A stretch of DNA of 64,000 nucleotides from the NCBI GenBank assembly GCA_016748015.1, contig JAAOMT010000664.1:1788576-1852575 (forward strand). Reading direction: 5' to 3'. The position numbers and the translations under genes are program-made. A model generated the notes under the pieces. It ran no database searches. It was not told where the DNA came from and saw only the letters and a program-made list of their open reading frames with translations. The DNA comes from Geosiphon pyriformis uo1. Its lineage: Eukaryota; Fungi; Glomeromycota. This document shows, piece by piece, positions 51,501-64,000 of the stretch. Each line of letters starts with the position of its first letter. The stretch's first letter is position 1.

Positions 51501-54500
51501 AAACCCAAAATGTTGATTAAGGGTAGGTAAATAGCTTGGGCAATTTTTTCAGCATGTTCAATCTTGAATGGTTTGTCAGTTTTATTTTGAAACATCACTG
51601 TTATGTCTCCAGTATATCCAGCATCAATTATTCTTCCTCTAACATTAATTTCTTTGCTTGCCAGAGAGAATCGGGAGGCGATTTGAACCATTGCTCCTGG
51701 TGAGATTTCGAGTGCAATTTTGAGGTTGATTTTTGTGAGAGATTTGGGTTTGAGAACAAGAGTATCCTTGCCTGGATATCTTAGGTCATATCCAGCATCA
51801 ATTTCATGTGCTTTTTCGGGTTTTATTCCTTGTCCGTTGTTGTTGAAGTATTTGAGTTGTAAGGCAGGCTGATTTTCAATAAGGTAGATGGGTGTTGTTT
51901 TAATTTCTTCCATTTTTTCAGGTTCTCCAAATTCAATTTCATTCTTATCATTTTCACTGGGCAAGGGGATACTAAGAGCATAGCATTCAGGACACCATTG
52001 TTCATTGCAAGGCATAATGCATTCTTCACATAGCCTAATGTTCATTTGCTCTAATCATTGAATTTGAGCTTCTTGGGTCGAGTAGGTGTGACTTGCAATT
52101 TGGTGGTAGACTTCTACTTCATCTTTGTAATTGAATCCAGCTAATTCTATAGTGTATTCAATGTATTATGCTTCCTTCATTTGACGAACATCTTCTTTGG
52201 TAGCTCCATTAATTAATGTCATTGCTAAGTCGAAAATCATCTCGGCATCATGAGGGTAGTGATAAAGTTTGTTGAGAGCACTATTGTATGCTGCATTAAA
52301 AAGTGTTCCTCTTTTTACTTTTTTTGAAATTGATAAAGCATATTGGCAGGTCTGATCGCAGATGCCTTCTCTCATTGCTACATTAATCCAATTGCATTCT
52401 TCTGGTAACAGATCTCCACAAGTCAAACAAGGGGTGTTGTCTCATTTTTTGCTCCTTTTTATTAGATGGTCCCATTGCTCTCTGTGGCAAGTCTTGCAGT
52501 AATAACAAGTATAATTTTCATATTCTTCTTCAGGTGAAATGCAGGCTCTCATTGACGATAGTTTTTTGTGGCAGTTCTTATATTTAAGAAGAATATAGGG
52601 GTGTTGTTTCCTTGGTTCAGGTTTTGAATAAGGTATATTCCATCCAGAGGTTTCAGGTTTAGTGTGTGGGGTAAAATGTTTTTGTTCTGTTTCATTGCCC
52701 CAGTTGGACATTGATCTAAGAGCCATGAATGTTTCAATTATTGGTTTTTCTTCTTCTGGTTCAAATTCAAAAGCCGGGGCTTTTTTAGAGTGTTTGTTGA
52801 ATGTATCACAAATGGCAGGTACTTGGGTGTGTTGTCCTTGGTAGAAGATTGTTAACTCTTGTGTTTCCTAATTCAGATTAGCATTGGCTTTTTGAAGCCA
52901 ATCATTTCTGATAAGAGCTTAGTACTGGGGGGCGTCCATTACAAGAACTTTGACTGAAATGGTGATTCCATCAAAAGTGAATGGAAAATTGTCAATTTCT
53001 CCTACTGGAGTCTTTTTCATGCCATCGGCAGTGACGATTACTGTTTGAGCTGGTCAGTTGACATTTTTTTTCAACTGTTGCATTAACTGGTAGGTAATAA
53101 TGCTTCCAGTGGATCCACTGTCTAGGATCAAGTGAATTGGCTTTCCTTCTACTTCAGCTTCTGTGTACATTACAGTGATGGCTTTTTGCTCATTAGCTGC
53201 TGCATTGTTAAGCAAGAATGGTAATTCATTTGCTTCAAATTCAAAAGGAAAGATATCAGAGAGATTGGCATTTTCAGCAATTTGGGCTGGTGGAATGGTG
53301 ATGTGGTGATGAAAAAGGTTTCACTGTTGTTGTGCTGCAGTTCTACCTTCTGAGAGTGCAATATGATGAAAATCCTGTTCTTCTGGCATTGTTAAATAAC
53401 TGGGTTGAGTGTGGTAATGGTTGGGTCTTGGTTGAGTGGTATTTCGGGGAACCAATTGGTTGTTCGAACTGATTCTACTGTTGTTTACTTGGTATCAGTT
53501 TTGTGGTGTGAATTGATTTTGTGTAATCAGTCTTCAAGCAGGTACTTGATAATGTTGTGTGGGTGGTTGTTGGTATTGCTGTTGGATTGGTTGTAGGGCG
53601 GGCTGATAATAGTTATTTTGGTATTGGGGTTTTGGTGGATAGTAAGCTGGTGGTGATAGTTGATAATAAAATTGTTGTGGTGGAGAGTAACGTTGATTAC
53701 TCCTATTTTGTTGGTCTCGTTGCAGCTTTCTGCAATCTCTTTTCCAGTGGCCAGAGATTCCACAGTAATGGCAATTCTGGGGCTGGTTATTGGAAAGTGG
53801 TGCAAAGTTATTTTAATTTCGTCTTTGGGGTGATTGATATCTTTGGGGTTGTTGTTGTTGTTGGTTGGTAAAATAGTTTTTGATCTTTTTTGTAAGTTGG
53901 TCAATTTTTCCTCAGCTGCTGAGCTGGTTTCTCCAATTGCCAAATTTACAAGTTTTGTATAATTGGCTTCTTCCATGGCCATTTCGTATCTTTTTGCATG
54001 CTGTATGGCAGAGTTTAAATCTTCTGGCACGTGTGGGTGAACCTTTTTAATTAGTTTATCTTTTAGACCAGCGATAAATTGATCCAAGATTTGAGCATCA
54101 GAATAATAATTATTTGTCTCAAGTTGGCGAATTCATCTGAGAAGTTTGTTGAATTTCCCAATATAAGTCATAATGGATTCGGAGGGTTCTTGTTTGATAT
54201 TTTGAAAACGATTGTGAAGAGTGATGGAGGTATTATTGTTGGTGAACTGTTTAAGGAAGGCTGCTTTGAAAGCATTCCAATCATTAAATGGAGCGGCAAG
54301 GTTTTCAAACCATTCTCCTGCTGTTCCTTTGAGAAAGTAGGGAATTGTTCTTAACATTCTGGCAGTGTTCCATCCATTTGCATCTTCAGCTTTAGTAACT
54401 TGGTCGAGCCATTCTTAGGGACTGGTCTCAATATCTTCTCTATTGAATTCAGAGATTTTTGTGATGTATGTTGTCATTTCGTCTTCTTCATTTTCACTGT

Positions 54501-56239
54501 CTATTGATTCTTCTTCGGTTATTTCAGAGTTGTTTTCTTCGTTTGCTGCTGTCTCAGAGTGTTCACTTTGATTTTCAGCTAGAAAATCAAGGAGATTGGA
54601 ACTAGTTTGAAGGAGTTCTTGTTGTCTGGTGGGACTTCTGAGTGATGTAAAATCTTCTGGTCTTGCAAATCGATTCAAGAGTGAATTAAGTGTTTGTGCT
54701 TGTGCAAGTGAAGCTGGAAAAGGTGTGATAGTAAGTGGAAGTTTTGAACTGATTCTTTGTTCAGGTGTTTGTAGATGTTTGGCAGTTGTTTTCGGTAGTG
54801 TTGGAGTATTTGGGTGGTTCTTGAATATTGCTTTAATTTGTTTTTGCCTTTGTTGCTTGTTTTTGTTTCCGATTCAAAGTCAATAGTGTATTAAGACTGC
54901 ACTGGATATGTTTCTTCACAGTATTTGATAATGTTAAAATTAAGTTCGTGAAAGTAAATGACAAGTGTTTTACTATTAAGGTCTTTAGTTCTCAACTGTG
55001 AATAGTGTACTAAATTATTGTAAAAGTTGCTTCTAACTTCTGAGATATTGTAATTTCCAAAAAAATAATTGTTGATGCGGTTTTCAATATATTGGTATAC
55101 TGATTTCTTGCCAACTTCAATTCCGTCTGGAATGTTGAATCTTTGCTTGCAGTGGGTGTAAATTGATTGGTAATACTCTAGAGTTGTTGTGTCTGGTGTG
55201 GTCGCCACTTTGAAGTTGTTTTTGCTGTGTTGTTTCCATGGGAGAGCACCAAATGTTACTGGAGGTTTTTGGTCTCTTTTCTGTAATGTTGTTGATACTT
55301 ATTTGCTGTGAATTCACGTTTTCTGGATGTGATTGAACCTCCAGTAACTGAATTTTTTAACTTCAAATTATCTCCTATAATTTAAACTTGCTGGGCTTAT
55401 GAGTGGAATGGCCAATTCCGTGCCAGTTGCTTTATGTAGTTACGTTGTAGTAAACGTTAACTCTTTCCCAGGAATTGCTTGTCTGGAAGCTCACTAAAAA
55501 TGTGTAGTTACTTTTGCTGTGAAAGTCAACTCTTCTACAGGAATCTCGTCTGTAGGCTACTCTAATGATTATAATAAGAAAAAAAAATAAAATAAAAAAA
55601 ATGTAAATGAAAATGGAATTTTGTCAAGAGAAACGTTTTCTATCCAGGCCTGGAGTTACTAACAGTTTACTGAAATTGGTAGCTAATCAATTTCGAAATG
55701 TTAGTTGAGTTTTGGGAATTTTCCAAGTACAATAATTAAAGAATTTGGTTTTTCGAATTATTTGATATTTATTTCTTTTTGTGTGTGTAAGAATGGTCCT
55801 AAGTGATAAGTCTAAAGTAAGATATATTTTCTTGAAGAGAGAAGCTCTTCTTTTATACAACTTGTCGTAACACTATTCTATGAACTTAAACTTTGCTATT
55901 TTCTACAATTTTGCTGAACTAAAGATACATTTCGGCGAACTACAAGTTATTTTTGTGAACTTATTAGATATTTTGGTGAACTATCAATTATTTCGGCGAA
56001 TTTTTATAAATTTTGGCAAACTTTTGAATGTTACATAGTTTGGGATATTGCATAATTGATCATTGCAATTAGGTTACATTTGTGTTGTGTACAATTTGAG
56101 TTATTAATTAAATGATAATTTTGGACATTTTTTGCTAATGTAATAAGTGATAATTTGAAACAATAATATATGTTAATTAATGATAGGAATTATAAGATAG
56201 TTTCATGCTAAATGATATTTCTAATTTCATCTGGTAACA
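48551..56239 (-). mobile_element. Ty3/gypsy copy G (family 1), internally deleted (most of RNase H, integrase and ORF3 missing)
   Basis: LTRs 55254-56239 and 48551-49844, PBS 55236-55251, PPT 49848-49857; TSD ACGT (48547-48550) / ATAT (56240-56243). Confidence 0.95.
49900..55208 (-). pseudogene. Gag-PR-Cys-rich-dUTPase-RT polyprotein of copy G
   Basis: Colinear with A; ORF 50699-52045 has all five dUTPase motifs (DAGYDL, SRFSL, IIDAGYTG, KIAQ, QGFGSTG). Confidence 0.92.
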
Positions 56240-57374
56240 ATATGCTCAATTGTGACACATGTCAGTGAAGAGGAAGAGCAAGATCAACAGAACCACTTCG
56301 ACCCATTCCAGTTGGAAATCTATTTAATAGAATTGGGATCGATTTGGTTGGACCTCTTTCAATTGCATTCCAAGGAAATTGCTATATTGCTGTAGCCATA
56401 GACTATCTTACAAAATGGCCAGAAGCCAGAGCAATCCAAGTGGCCAATGCCAAAACAGTCACTGAATTTGTGCATCAAGACCTAATTTGCCAACATGGAT
56501 GTCCAAAAGAATTATTATCTGATCAGAGAACACACTTTGTTAATAATACACTGACTGAACTAAGGCAATGGTTTGGAATAAAAAGACCCTTATCATCACC
56601 ATACCACTCACAAACGAATGAACTGGTAGAACAGTTTAACAGAACACTGTGCGAAGCACTAGTAAAAATAAGTCATGAAAACAGACAAAAATGGAACTTA
56701 TTCATACCTTCTGTACTCTTTGCATACCGAACATTGAAACAAAATATGACTCAATTCACACCGTTTGAACTAGTCTATGGAAGAAAAGCTACGTTACCGA
56801 TTGAATGAGTAATACCGTCATACCCAACAGAAACAATCAATGAAGAGAATTTTGAGACTACCTTATACCAAAGAACGTACCAGCTAATGGAAACGTTGGA
56901 AAACAATCAAAGAACAGCAGCTGACAATATTAGTCATGCTCAAGAATGACAAAAAGAAAGACATGATAAACACCTGCCAGAACAACCAATGGAATTCAAG
57001 ATTGGAGACCAAGTACTATTACATCATACAAAAGCTGAAAAACAGTGGAGTGGAAAGTTCGACCCAAAGTGGGACAGTTCATTCCACATACATGAAGCAT
57101 TAGGAAATAGAGCTTACAAATTACGATTGGAAAACAGGATTTTAAAGAAAGTAGCGCATGGAAATTGGTTAAAAATTTATCATGTAAAACAGGAATTATC
57201 ATCATCAGTACCTCAACTAGGAACACAAATTTCATTAATCAGACCAGAAGATATACCACGAGATTTGGAACCAATCATCGTTATCGAAATGTAGACAACA
57301 GGCAGCAAATTAAATTGGGAAATTCAAATATATATAGCATCCGAAAAGCAGCAAGAAACGATAGAAATTTCAAC

Positions 57375-58109
57375 ATGGACCTTTCAGATCAAATTTTAAA
57401 ATTATCTAAACAATTATTTGAAACAATTCAAAAATCGACATCTTAAATAGAAATAACAATTAATAAAAAAGAGATATGGTACAAAGATAAGAGCAAGAGA
57501 GGAGAAAACGAGAGTTCAATTAAAACTAAACATTCCCTCCCCTACCCACCACCTGAAAGGCAATATGGGAGGAAAAATTGCCTTCAGGTGGGGGGTGGAA
57601 AAGAAAAAAGCAAAGAATAAGAAAAAGGTTACAAAAGAAGATACTTGGTCTCTGAGCTCGAAGAAATAAAACAAGCTTTAGTTTATGGGACCAAACTCCC
57701 TGAAACAGGGGAATGGACACCTGACAATGCCCAGGAATGGAAATAAAAACTTCCTCCAGCTTATTGGTTCTACAAAATTGGAGAACAGCTTGACTTGAAA
57801 ACACTATACGAAGACCTCAGCCAGAAAACATTTAACAAAGAAGCAATACAACAAGTAGAAAAATTCATAGAGAAAAACAACCTGACCCTACATTACAAAG
57901 CAGCATACTGACTATACGCCACCTTCCAACATTGTCCAAATGTACTACTGAATGGATTTATGAAAATCATAACAGTTAACAGCATAGAACGAATAACCAA
58001 TCAACAGTTTGAAGACCTATAAAAGGCAATACTTGAGACAACAATTGAACATTACACGAACAAAGCCATGATAACAGATACATACGGTTTTGCAGAAGCT
58101 CAATTTTAA
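57375..58109 (+). pseudogene. ORF3 of copy F (244 codons, five internal stops)
   Basis: One frame throughout; stops are TAA/TGA explicable by C>T; homologous blocks to 10251-10970. Confidence 0.8.
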
Positions 58110-58123
58110 AAAGAGAGAGATAA

Positions 58124-59215
58124 TGTTATCTGAGTAGAAAAACTGATCCAAAGTTATGAAGAAATGTGACCAAAACATGACATAACACAGAATAATGCGC
58201 AATAACGTTGAATAACACATTATAACGTTGGATAATGTGTTATAATGCAGGATAACACAGAATAGTGTGCAATAATGTAGGATAATGTGTTATAATGCAG
58301 GATAACACAGAATAACATGTAATAACATCAGATAACATGTTATAACATAGGATAACTAGCAATAACATAGAAAAACGAAGCAATAACAGAAACAACAAAG
58401 CAATAGCTAATGATAGCAAGACAATTGAAAGCAATCCTGTAAAACCAAAAAAATGTATAAAAGCAAGTAGTTGTAGAAGTGAGAAAGGAGAGAAGAAAAA
58501 ATAGATACGAACCTTTAGACCAGAAATTAAAATATCTATACCCTTTCATCCTTTATTATCTTCCTTATTTCATCTCCTGAAATAAATCAATTATTAAAAG
58601 AAATCAGAATCATGAATTCATGTTCTCGAACTTCGTGAAATTTACGTGAATTAACCCTTGTTTCATATCTCCATTCTAAAACAGATGCTCTTAGTATAAC
58701 CGCCTCAAATCTATTAACGATTTGGACCAATCACTTTTGATCACAGCGATTGATGATACTAATTTATTTTTTCTCTCTTTTCTTTTCTTTTCTTTTTCTT
58801 TTTCTTTCTTTTTCTGTCTTAATTTTTTTATGGAGCGGCAACATAGTAAAATTGACTGTCTGGGAATAGACTTCATGATAGTCTGGTAAAAGAGGGAAGC
58901 TCCCTCTAAGTTTTGGATATTAACATTATTTTGTTAGCTTACCAGAAGGGCAAAAAGACAACGCCAGACCCTAACAACTGTGCTCGTTAGCTCGGAGAAG
59001 AAAGCTCACATTTATGAAAAATGTTGTAATCAATAAAAGACAAACTCTGTGCCTTATAACCAAAAAACTCAACGGGTAAAATTCACATCCAGGAATAGAT
59101 TTTCAGAGACTAATAATCAAGACTAAGCCAACAGAATTACACAGAAGACGTATCATCAATAATTGAGAATACCAAACATTACCATTTTCTATACCCACCA
59201 AGTTTACCCGTAATA
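58124..59215 (+). repeat. 3' LTR of copy F (1092 bp) with 19 x 10-bp array
   Basis: Preceded by PPT AAAAAGAGAGAGA; 30 bp longer than the 5' LTR. Confidence 0.93.
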
Positions 59216-61920
59216 ACATGCTTACTGGTACTGCCTCTTTTTTTAGTTGGTGTTTTTCTTCTTGCTTGGATAAACACTTTATAGTGGCTGATAGTGGTGT
59301 TATTTCTGGCAATTCTAGACATTTTGTACACAATATTTATTATTCTGTTTGTCATGCATGCTGGAAGGTTAGATCTGGTTCCAAGTTTTTGATGGGCAGT
59401 TTGATTTCTGAGATTGATTGGCTTTGTTTATCCTTGGTGTGGCATCTTAACTTGCACATGGCCACCAGTTTTACCAGCAGACTTTCAGCTAATACACATA
59501 CATACTTTATAAAAACTTTACACTATTGGCTGCTGGTTGTTGTCCAAAAATGCCTTTATAGTAGACTTTATCCTAGTGTGTTATGCTTATATTGTGATGA
59601 TGTTGAGGTGTCAGATCATGTGTTTTCTTGCAGGATTAATAAACCTGTTTGATGTCAGATATTGGAATCTTATGTGAATTTCTGGAAGGCAGTTTCTGGT
59701 TTCTCTTATTCCTCTTTTGGTGTTTTATAGCTGTTGTCATTCTGTGGTTTTAATTCCTTTGTGTTCATGGCTTTTTGTAAGGGTTTCATTTTTAGTGGTT
59801 GGTTTCACAAGACTGTCTTCATCTTCTGTAATTCCAAGGTTGCTGGTTTGGAGATTGTAAAGTTTATATATTCTCTTGGTTTAGCTTTTAGGAAGAATAT
59901 TTGGTCAGTTCGTGCTAAATATCGAGCTTATATGAAAAGGAATAGGTTGATTTTTCTTAATAGTTTGGCTCTCATTTTGGTTTCTGGTTTAGCTTCAAGG
60001 TTTTCTGCTAAAATGATTAAATTGCTTGGTATTACTGATGCTTTTGGTATTTGTTTTGGCTTTTGCAAACCTTGTTTGTTTTTTTCAGGTATAGGTAATC
60101 CAATTTCAGTTCACATAGCTATATAGTGTTGTTTTGATCAGCCTGAATGGCTGGTCACGTGTAGAAAGTGCATGATTCATGCTTAGTTTAGATCATTTTT
60201 TGATGTATAGCACTAGATAGTGTTTGGACCTTACTCATTAAGCAAATAAAAAAAAATAAAAAAAATAAAAAAAAAACATCTTAAAAAATGCTGTTTAATT
60301 GTTTTTATTTTAAAAAAAAAAACATTTTAAATGTTTAAAACTAATAAAAACAATATTAAAAATAGAAATTACAACTATTTTATTCTTTGTTTTAATTGTA
60401 ATTATAAAAATACAAAAAAGAAATAAAAATTTTTCATTAAATAAATTGTAAAAAAGTTATATTTAATAAACAATTAAAACATAATTCAAAAAAAAGTAAT
60501 ATTAATTGTTAAATTTAAATTTTTTTAAATTATTAATATTTTAAATAATAATAATTCATTATTTTTTGGTAATTAATTATGACCAATATAATACTCAATT
60601 GTTACATAATTACAATTTTACAATTTGCAATTTTATTTTAATTATAATTAAAACATTTTAAATTACATTATAATTTATTATTAAGCTATATATATATAAC
60701 TGTTTTACTATTTATAAAACTTTTTAATCTAATTAATATTCGTAACAATAGTGAATTTATTAACAATGTGATTTTTGAACATATATTCAACATTATGTAT
60801 TCTTGCTCTTTCTATTTTAACAAAAAATTGAATGCTTTAAATAAAAAAAGCAACATGCAAAAATCAGTAAATTTTGCTTACAATACTTGAACGCGAATTA
60901 AAAGGTACTTTATATATATTTACATTTATCTATTTAGCAGTGGTGACTTTGAAAGTGAAATGAGAATTTTCGCATGATCACTAATCAATCATATTCAATA
61001 CAACTACTCGGGGAAACCATCTTGACGAACCCGACCTAACCTTTTTCTGTGTGCTATATTAATGATTCATGGTATTTCATTCCTACTTTTGAAAACTCCA
61101 TTCGCCTGCAGTTTGTAATTTGGTTTAGCCATAAGGACGCTCGACATCTTTAAATACTCCCACAATCAAAGAGTTCACAATCTCAGAATGATAGTGGTGC
61201 TCAAAGGCCTTACTGTTCAAATAAAAACCGGGAAAATGTGCTGTGAAAATATCGGTTATGTTACAAAAACAATTTGTCCAAGGAAAAATCTCCTTTTTCC
61301 AATTTGTTCTTTATCATTTTCATTTGATCCAGGAATGTCCTTTCGTACGCAGAGACTCCCTGTCAAAGAGAACCACCTTGTAGATTGCCAAAAGATACTT
61401 CATAAACCCTTGTGATGGATGATGGAAACTACGCTGGTATCTGTGACACCAATGGCTCAGCCTAGAACAGTGTTGATCTGGGTAGCTAATTGTAGTGTTC
61501 TCTGTTAAATCTCTGGGTGGGAATCATGTGACAACCAACTACACATCACTCTTACAATTTCAGATTACCAAATTATTTGTTTGAGAATTGATAAAACAAG
61601 ATTATACTTGAACAAAGGTGTTTTTGATAAAATTTAAGTTGAACTTTAGATTAAAATCAATTATAATATTCTTTTTGAAAGATAACTCCAAGTCCCAAAT
61701 CTCGCGTTTTGGACTTTTTTATCAAAGTTATCCGATATTTACACAAAAATACTTTCAACCTTTATTGAGGTTGGGCATGTTTAAATTTACCCTGATATTT
61801 ATGAAAAAAAGGGAACTATTATTTTTACATAGTACACGTGTATATAATGATCGATAAAAGGCTCTCGTATAAACTTCTAATGAAATTGGATACTTGAAAA
61901 AAAAGTCTTCACAAGCTCAA

Positions 61921-62559
61921 TTAACTTCCGTTATTACCACTTGTACCGTTGGGTCCAGCACCTGTAGAGTTTGATCCCATGATTCCATCGTTTGTAACCA
62001 TTTCTATATCAAGATTGATGAACTCATCAAAGAGGTCATTTTGACTCGAGTTTCCAGCACTAGCATTGGCGCCCAAATTAAAGATAGATTCGCCACCAAT
62101 ATTAATAAAAGGATTATCGAATAATTGACAATTAAAAACCTAAATAACAAATGCAAGGAATTTAGAAAAGATTAAAAATATAAAAGACCAGGTAATTGAA
62201 GAATATAATATCAAGATAATACCTCTTCCATGCTAATTTCTTCAGAGGTTGGTCCTATCATAGACTCTTGTGATATATTTGATAAAATGTTCGTTGCCTG
62301 TTGAATTGACTGTTGTGATTGTGCATTTGATAGGCCATTGCCCAAAACTCCAACTTGTGGCGTTGACACTGTACTTCCAGAATTGCCGGTTCCTATAGGC
62401 TGTGACGCTTGTGGTTGAGTAGGAGTTGTCTTGGAAGGAGGATTCTATGTAACAATAAGGTTAATTAAATTCTTGAGATCCTAAGTGATACAAAAGGTAG
62501 AAAGATACCTTGGCAGAATTAGCATCTGGTTTCTTTTGACGTTGATTTTGAAGAGCTAG

Positions 62560-62591
<32 letters not shown>

Positions 62592-63242
62592 GAATTGCAA
62601 CTTGTTGATTTTGCTGCTGTTGTTGTTGATTTTGATGTTGCTGCAGCATTATTTGCATTATTGCAGGATTACGCATTGCTTGCTGCATCTGAATTGGCTG
62701 CATTCCGACATCTTGAATGGCTGTTCCTCGCTTTGGATAGATAATCAGATGAAACCAATTGTATGAAGAGTAACCGAAAGAAATATTAAAAAGCTTAGAA
62801 TTTAAAAGAATAAAATTACCTGTTGCTTTTTGTAACTCAACAAATTGTTTGTTTCTTGCATCATAATATTCTTATTAATTGTTTGTTCTCCTGCGGGACC
62901 TGTTCTCACCATATTTCCAGTGTTCGCAATAAAGTTTGGAGTAAATGGAAGTAGTTGTGAATTGGCAAACGTACCATAATGCGGGACGGGAGTAGGGATA
63001 TTGGGGTTATAGCCAGGAGGTCTAGGCATAGTTAAATTTATAGAAGCATTATGTACTTGCGCTACTTTTTGAGTAGCTGAATGAATCAAATTGGAGATTT
63101 CTTGATTTATGGGATTCTCGTGTTGATTAGTGCCAGAGTTGTTGACCAAAGGAGACATGGAATTGTTGTGAGGTGAAATTGGTTTTTGTTGGCTAGTAGC
63201 TACACCAGCTATTGGGTTCCTTTGGATGATGTTTGGTTGTTG

Positions 63243-63281
<39 letters not shown>

Positions 63282-64000
63282 TTGTTGCTGCGTTAGTTGC
63301 GGTTGCTGTTGTTGTTGCTCTTGTTGCGGATTCATTCTTTTATGAACAGTGGCGTTTCGCGTTTTAGGAGTCTGATCCGGTGAGGGGTTTGGAACATTTG
63401 CGAGAGGCTTAACAAATAAAATACATGTTGTTTTAAAAATTGATAGGAAATATACATGTAATCCTGAGAAAAGAAAGTAAAAATTATATACCTGAGTGAG
63501 CAGTGGTTGTGGTTGTTGTTGTTGTTGTTGTTGTTGTTGTTGAGTAGCTTGTTGATTACGTTGTAAAAGTTGTCCACCTTGATTATGTAATTAAAAATTT
63601 TAACAATCTTTATTCCAAAATTATCATGTACTCTCAAAATTAGTAACTCTCACTTACTATTAATATATGCTGATGATTGTTCAGGTGCCGTTGTTCTTTG
63701 CCGCTTACTAGGTGAGGATTGTGATTGCCCCGTCGTTGAGGGAATACCGTTCACGTTCACGCCGTCAACGGGGCGTTTTGTACCTGCAGACGTTAACTAT
63801 GATAGTTTTTTATTTAATAAAAAATGAGACAATTTCGATTAATAAGATATTCTGAAAATAAATATTGGAGTATAAAGATTCAAATATTAACGATAATTTT
63901 GCAAGTATATACTTGATTAACTAATTGTGGCTGAACGTGTAATGGAGGTCCATTAGCTGCTGCAGTTTGTACGGCTGGTGCATTTTGAAAAATGGGTGCG
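61921..64000 (-). CDS. 3' part of a Q/N-rich host gene, probable transcriptional regulator (Flo8/Som1-like candidate); exons >64000-63913, 63796-63658, 63577-63492, 63407-62820, 62730-62509, 62444-62223, 62139-61921
   Basis: Six GT-AG introns of 64-116 nt join into one open frame ending TAA at 61921; poly-Q tracts, SPSKRQR motif, acidic/aromatic tail; CpGs intact. Family call is tentative because the N-terminus is outside the window. Confidence 0.8.

Larger units (their letters stand above)
48234..57294 (+). pseudogene. Integrase ORF of copy F (48234-48550 and 56244-57294), split by copy G
   Basis: Own ATG (MDTLTYQQLHQYL); KDIFKYV|LNCDTCQ rejoins in frame after removing G. Confidence 0.9.
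40853..59215 (+). mobile_element. Full-length Ty3/gypsy copy F (family 2), interrupted in integrase by copy G
   Basis: LTRs 40853-41914 and 58124-59215; PBS TGGTGCTCCCTATGAGG 41917-41933; TSD ACAT at 40849-40852 and 59216-59219, whose removal restores the LINE frame EHAD-MLTG. Confidence 0.95.
40375..60269 (+). mobile_element. 5'-truncated RNase H-bearing LINE, split by copy F (pieces 40375-40852 and 59220-60269)
   Basis: RNase H (SVYT(DG).., STMTELQ, LFLDS, HKVKNHSG..NEHAD), C-terminal CLYC...DHVFSC knuckle, A-rich tail from 60244, 13-bp TSD AAAAAAACAYCTT at 40362-40374 and 60270-60282. Confidence 0.88.

Noticed and set aside
62560-63637. Poly-Leu ORF 62560-62766 and poly-Asn ORF 63332-63637
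   Set aside because: Antisense or alternative-frame readings of the poly-Q exons of the spliced host gene.

Overview
AT-rich eukaryotic DNA, most likely a Glomeromycotina-type fungus (low GC, short GT-AG introns, Sel1 and Crinkler-like relics; the organism call is inference). About 60 kb is a nest of transposons. It holds at least seven Ty3/gypsy LTR retrotransposon copies from three or four families (labelled A-G, plus an ultra-decayed relic), a pogo/Tigger transposase, two LINE relics and three assembly gaps with artefactual duplications. The last 2 kb is the 3' half of an intact, intron-containing Q-rich host gene on the minus strand. Nesting resolves with target-site duplications: LINE > element F > element G, old LINE > element E, and C > B > A. 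Comparing copies reconstructs an unusual retroelement architecture. (1) A single long ORF apparently starts at a conserved GUG, has an AUG-depleted ~240-codon leader, then Gag, protease, a six-CxxC domain, dUTPase, RT and RNase H. (2) A stop follows, and integrase sits in a separate +1-frame ORF with its own AUG. (3) A conserved ~230-245 aa third ORF lies at the env position but shows no env features. (4) The elements have an Ile-tRNA-type PBS with a U5 anti-PBS stem, 4-bp TSDs and periodic U3 motif arrays. All copies carry C>T/G>A decay, so most TE ORFs are pseudogenes.
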